64,000 nt of DNA. Origin: Eledone cirrhosa. Taxonomy: Eukaryota. The translations under genes and the position numbers were made by a program. Each line of letters starts with the position of its first letter. The stretch's first letter is position 1. Positions 60,441 to 64,000 of the stretch are shown in pieces. Below the pieces are notes generated by a model. That model saw nothing but the letters and a program-made list of their open reading frames with translations. It was not told the DNA's origin and made no database searches. Location: positions 75,268,001 through 75,332,000 of the forward strand of contig OZ024743.1 in the NCBI GenBank assembly GCA_964016885.1, in the 5' to 3' direction.

Positions 60441-63400
60441 GTAAGTTGGTGGTCACTCTCACTTTGCTCTTATACACTAGCAGCTGTTGGTAAGTTGGTG
60501 GTCACTCTCACTTTGCCATACACTAGCAGCTGTTGGTAAGTTGGTGGTCACTCTCACTTTGCTCCTATACACTAGCAGCTGTCGGTCAGTTAGTGGTCAC
60601 TCTCACTTTGCTCCTATACACTAGCAGCTGTTGGTAAGTTGGTGGTCACTCTCACTTTGCCCCTATACACTAGCAGCTGTTGGTAAGTTGGTGGTCACTC
60701 TCAGTACACTCCTATACACTAGCAGCTGTCGGTCAGTTAGTGGTCACTCTCAGTACACTCCTATAGACTAGCAACTGTTGGTAAGTTGGTGGTCACTCTC
60801 ACTTTGCTCCTATACACTAGCAGCTGTTGGTAAGTTGGTGGTCACTCTCACTTTGCTCCTATACACTAGCAGCTGTTGGTAAGTTGGTGGTCACTCTCAC
60901 TTTGCTCCTATACACTAGCAGCTGACGGTCAGTTAGTGGTCACTCTCACTTTGCTCTTATACACTAGCAGCTGTTGGTAAGTTGGTGGTCACTCTCACTT
61001 TGCTCCTATATACTAGCAGCTGTTGGTAAGTTGGTGGTCACTCTCACTTTGCTCTTATACACTAGCAGCTGTCGGTCAGTTAGTGGTCACTAGCAGCTGT
61101 TGGTAAGTTGGTGGTCACTCTCACTTTGCTCCTATACACTAGCAGCTGTTGGTAAGTTGGTGGTCACTCTCACTTTGCTCCTATACACTAGCAGCTGTTG
61201 GTAAGTTGGTGGTCACTCTCACTTTGCTCCTATACACTAGCAGCTGTTGGTAAGTTGGTGGTCACTCTCACTTTGCTCCTATACACTAGCAGCTGTTGGT
61301 AAGTTGGTGGTCACTCTCACTTTGCTCCTATACACTAGCAGCTGTTGGTAAGTTAGTGGTCACTCTCACTTTGCTCCTATACACTAGCAGCTGTTGGTAA
61401 GTTGGTGGTCACTCTCACTTTGCTCCTATACACTAGCAGCTGTTGGTAAGTTGGTGGTCACTCTCACTTTGCTCCTATACACTAGCAGCTGTTGGTAAGT
61501 TGGTGGTCACTCTCACTTTGCTCCTATACACTAGCAGCTGTTGGTAAGTTGGTGGTCACTCTCACTTTGCTCCTATACACTAGCAGCTGTCGGTCAGTTA
61601 GTGGTCACTAGCAGCTGTTGGTAAGTTGGTGGTCACTCTCACTTTGCTCCTATACACTAGCAGCTGTTGGTCAGTTGGTGGTCACTCTCAGTTTACTCCT
61701 ATACACTAGCAGCTGTTGGTAAATCCGTGGTCACTCTCAGTACACTCCTATACACTAGCAGCTGTAGGTAAGTTGGTGGTCACTCTCACTTTGCTCCTAT
61801 AGACTAGCAGCTGTTGGTAAGTTGGTGGTCACTCTCACTTTGCTCCTATACACTAGCAGCTGTCGGTCAGTTAGTGGTCACTCTCACTTTGCTCCTATAC
61901 ACTAGCAGCTGTTGGTAAGTTGGTGGTCACTCTCACTTTGCCCCTATACACTAGCAGCTGTTGGTAAGTTGGTGGTCACTCTCACTTTGCTCCTATACAC
62001 TAGCAGCTGTCGGTCAGTTAGTGGTTACTCTCACTTTGCCCCTATACACTAGCAGCTGTTGGTAAGTTAGTGGTCACTCTCACTTTGCTCCTATACACTA
62101 GCAGCTGTTGGTAAGTTGGTGGTCACTCTCACTTTGCTCCTATACACTAGCAGCTGTCGGTCAGTTAGTGGTCACTCTCAGTACACTTCTATACACTAGC
62201 AGCTGTTGGTAAGTTGGTGGTCACTCTCACTTTGCCCCTATACACTAGCAGCTGTCGGTCAGTTGGTGGTCACTCTCAGTTTACTCCTATACACTAGCAG
62301 CTGTTGGTAAGTTGGTGGTCACTCTCTCTTTGCCCCTATACACTAGCAGCTGTCGGTCAGTTGGTGGTCACTCTCAGTTTACTCCTATACACTAGCAGCT
62401 GTTGGTGGTCACTCTCAGTTTGCTCCTATACACTAGCAGCTGTTGGTGGTCACTCTCAGTTTGCTCCTATACACTAGCAGCTGTTGGTGGTCACTCTCAG
62501 TTTGTTCCTATACACTAGCAGCTGTTGGTGGTCACTCTCAGTTTGCTCCTATACACTAGCAGCTGTTGGTGGTCACTCTCAGTTTGCTCCTATACACTAG
62601 CAGCTGTTGGTGGTCACTCTCAGTTTACTCCTATACACTAGCAGCTGTTGGTGGTCACTCTCAGTTTGCTCCTATGCACTAACAGCTGTTGGTGGTCACT
62701 CTCTGTTTACTCCTATACACTAGCAGCTGTTGGTGGTCACTCTCAGTTTGCTCCTATACACTAGCAGCTGTTGGTGGTCACTCTCAGTTTACTCCTATAC
62801 ACTAGCAGCTGTTGGTGGTCACTCTCAGTTTACTCCTATACACTAGCAGCTGTTGGTGGTCACTCTCAGTTTGCTCCTATACACTAGCAGCTGTTGGTGG
62901 TCACACTCTGTTTACTCCTATACACTAGCAGCTGTTGGTGGTCACTCTCAGTTTGCTCCTATACACTAGCAGCTGTTGGTGGTCACTCTCAGTTTGCTCC
63001 TATGCACTAACAGCTGTTGGTGGTCACTCTCTGTTTACTCCTATACACTAGCAGCTGTTGGTGGTCACTCTCAGTTTGCTCCTATACACTAGCAGCTGTT
63101 GGTGGTCACTCTCAGTTTGCTCCTATACACTAGCAGCTGTTGGAGGTCACTCTCAGTTTACTCCTATACACTAGCAGCTGTTGGTGGTCACTCTCAGTTT
63201 GCTCCTATGCACTAACAGCTGTTGGTGGTCACTCTCTGTTTACTCCTATACACTAGCAGCTGTTGGTGGTCACTCTCAGTTTGCTCCTATACACTAGCAG
63301 CTGTTGGTGGTCACTCTCAGTTTACTCCTATACACTAGCAGCTGTTGGTGGTCACTCTTAGTTTGCTCCTATACACTAGCAGCTGTTGGTGGTCACTCTC

Positions 63401-63510
63401 AGTTTGCTCCTATGCACTAACAGCAGTTGGTGGTCACTCTCAGTTTGCTCCTATGCACTAACAGCTGTTGGTGGTCACTCAGTTTGCTCCTATACACTAG
63501 CAGCTGTTGG
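60418..63510 (+). repeat. Minisatellite of ~40 x 49-bp then ~27 x 41-bp units, starting inside GTF3C4 exon 5
   Basis: Unit CTCCTATACACTAGCAGCTGTTG|GTAAGTTGGTGGTCACTCTCACTTTG; distal units lack 8 bp including GTAAG. Confidence 0.97.
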
Positions 63511-64000
63511 AAGCCAGATACCCTTTTTGACAACAACTCTTTTAGTCCCCTCTTACAAAATGCAAGAATAAGGAATACCTATTCTAAACTATTACACTGG
63601 TCAACATACTTTTTGCTGACTCATGTTTTGTTGTTGTTTTTAGCTAATTTTGAGATGCTGATTTCAAATATGGCATCCATTTCCCCTTAACACAGGTTTT
63701 CATGTTTGTCTTTCGCTCGGTTATCCCATAAACACAGGAAACATGGATATTTTGTATATACTCTCCTTGTTGGTCATAGGAAAACTTGACGCGATAGAAA
63801 AGAAAGTATTGCCATTCTTAAACTCAGTGGCCCCAAATATCTCAAGAACAGGTCTTTAAACTATGATCACCAGAAAAAGAGGCAAAATTTTGTTGACCAG
63901 TGTTGTATATACAGACAAAAATATATTTACTATATTAAGTTTATGGCTGAAACTATTAGAATATTTTAATAACAATTTCAATGTTATGCACATTATCTAT

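Overview
AT-rich, repeat-dense animal genomic DNA. The SINE, RTE and microsatellite landscape looks cephalopod (octopus-like), which is my inference. Two spliced host genes sit head-to-head with only 149 bp between their start codons. One is a complete 9-exon METTL18/Hpm1 histidine methyltransferase (minus strand, 49912->1130, 296 aa). The other is the first five exons of GTF3C4/TFIIIC90 (plus strand, from 50062, continuing past the window). The ~39 kb METTL18 intron 1 is a nest of mobile DNA: two CsRn1-clade Ty3/Gypsy elements (one lacking RT/RNase H, one inserted in an RTE LINE), a Tc3-like transposon, a Penelope-like fragment, CR1 and mariner relics, MITEs, palindromes and a 16 kb modular low-complexity block. 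The most notable observations are: (1) a 3.1 kb minisatellite born from the GTF3C4 exon 5/intron junction, in which each 49-bp unit carries a putative branch point, NAGNAG acceptor, frame-neutral 6/9-nt microexon and GTAAGT donor; (2) a MITE family carrying a perfect histone-mRNA-type 3' stem-loop; (3) an intronless, virus/Polinton-like cassette (SGNH fragment, BACK-like ORF and a foldback); (4) nested antisense exon-like modules; (5) mosaic LTR identity suggesting gene conversion. All calls were made by eye, with no database searches.
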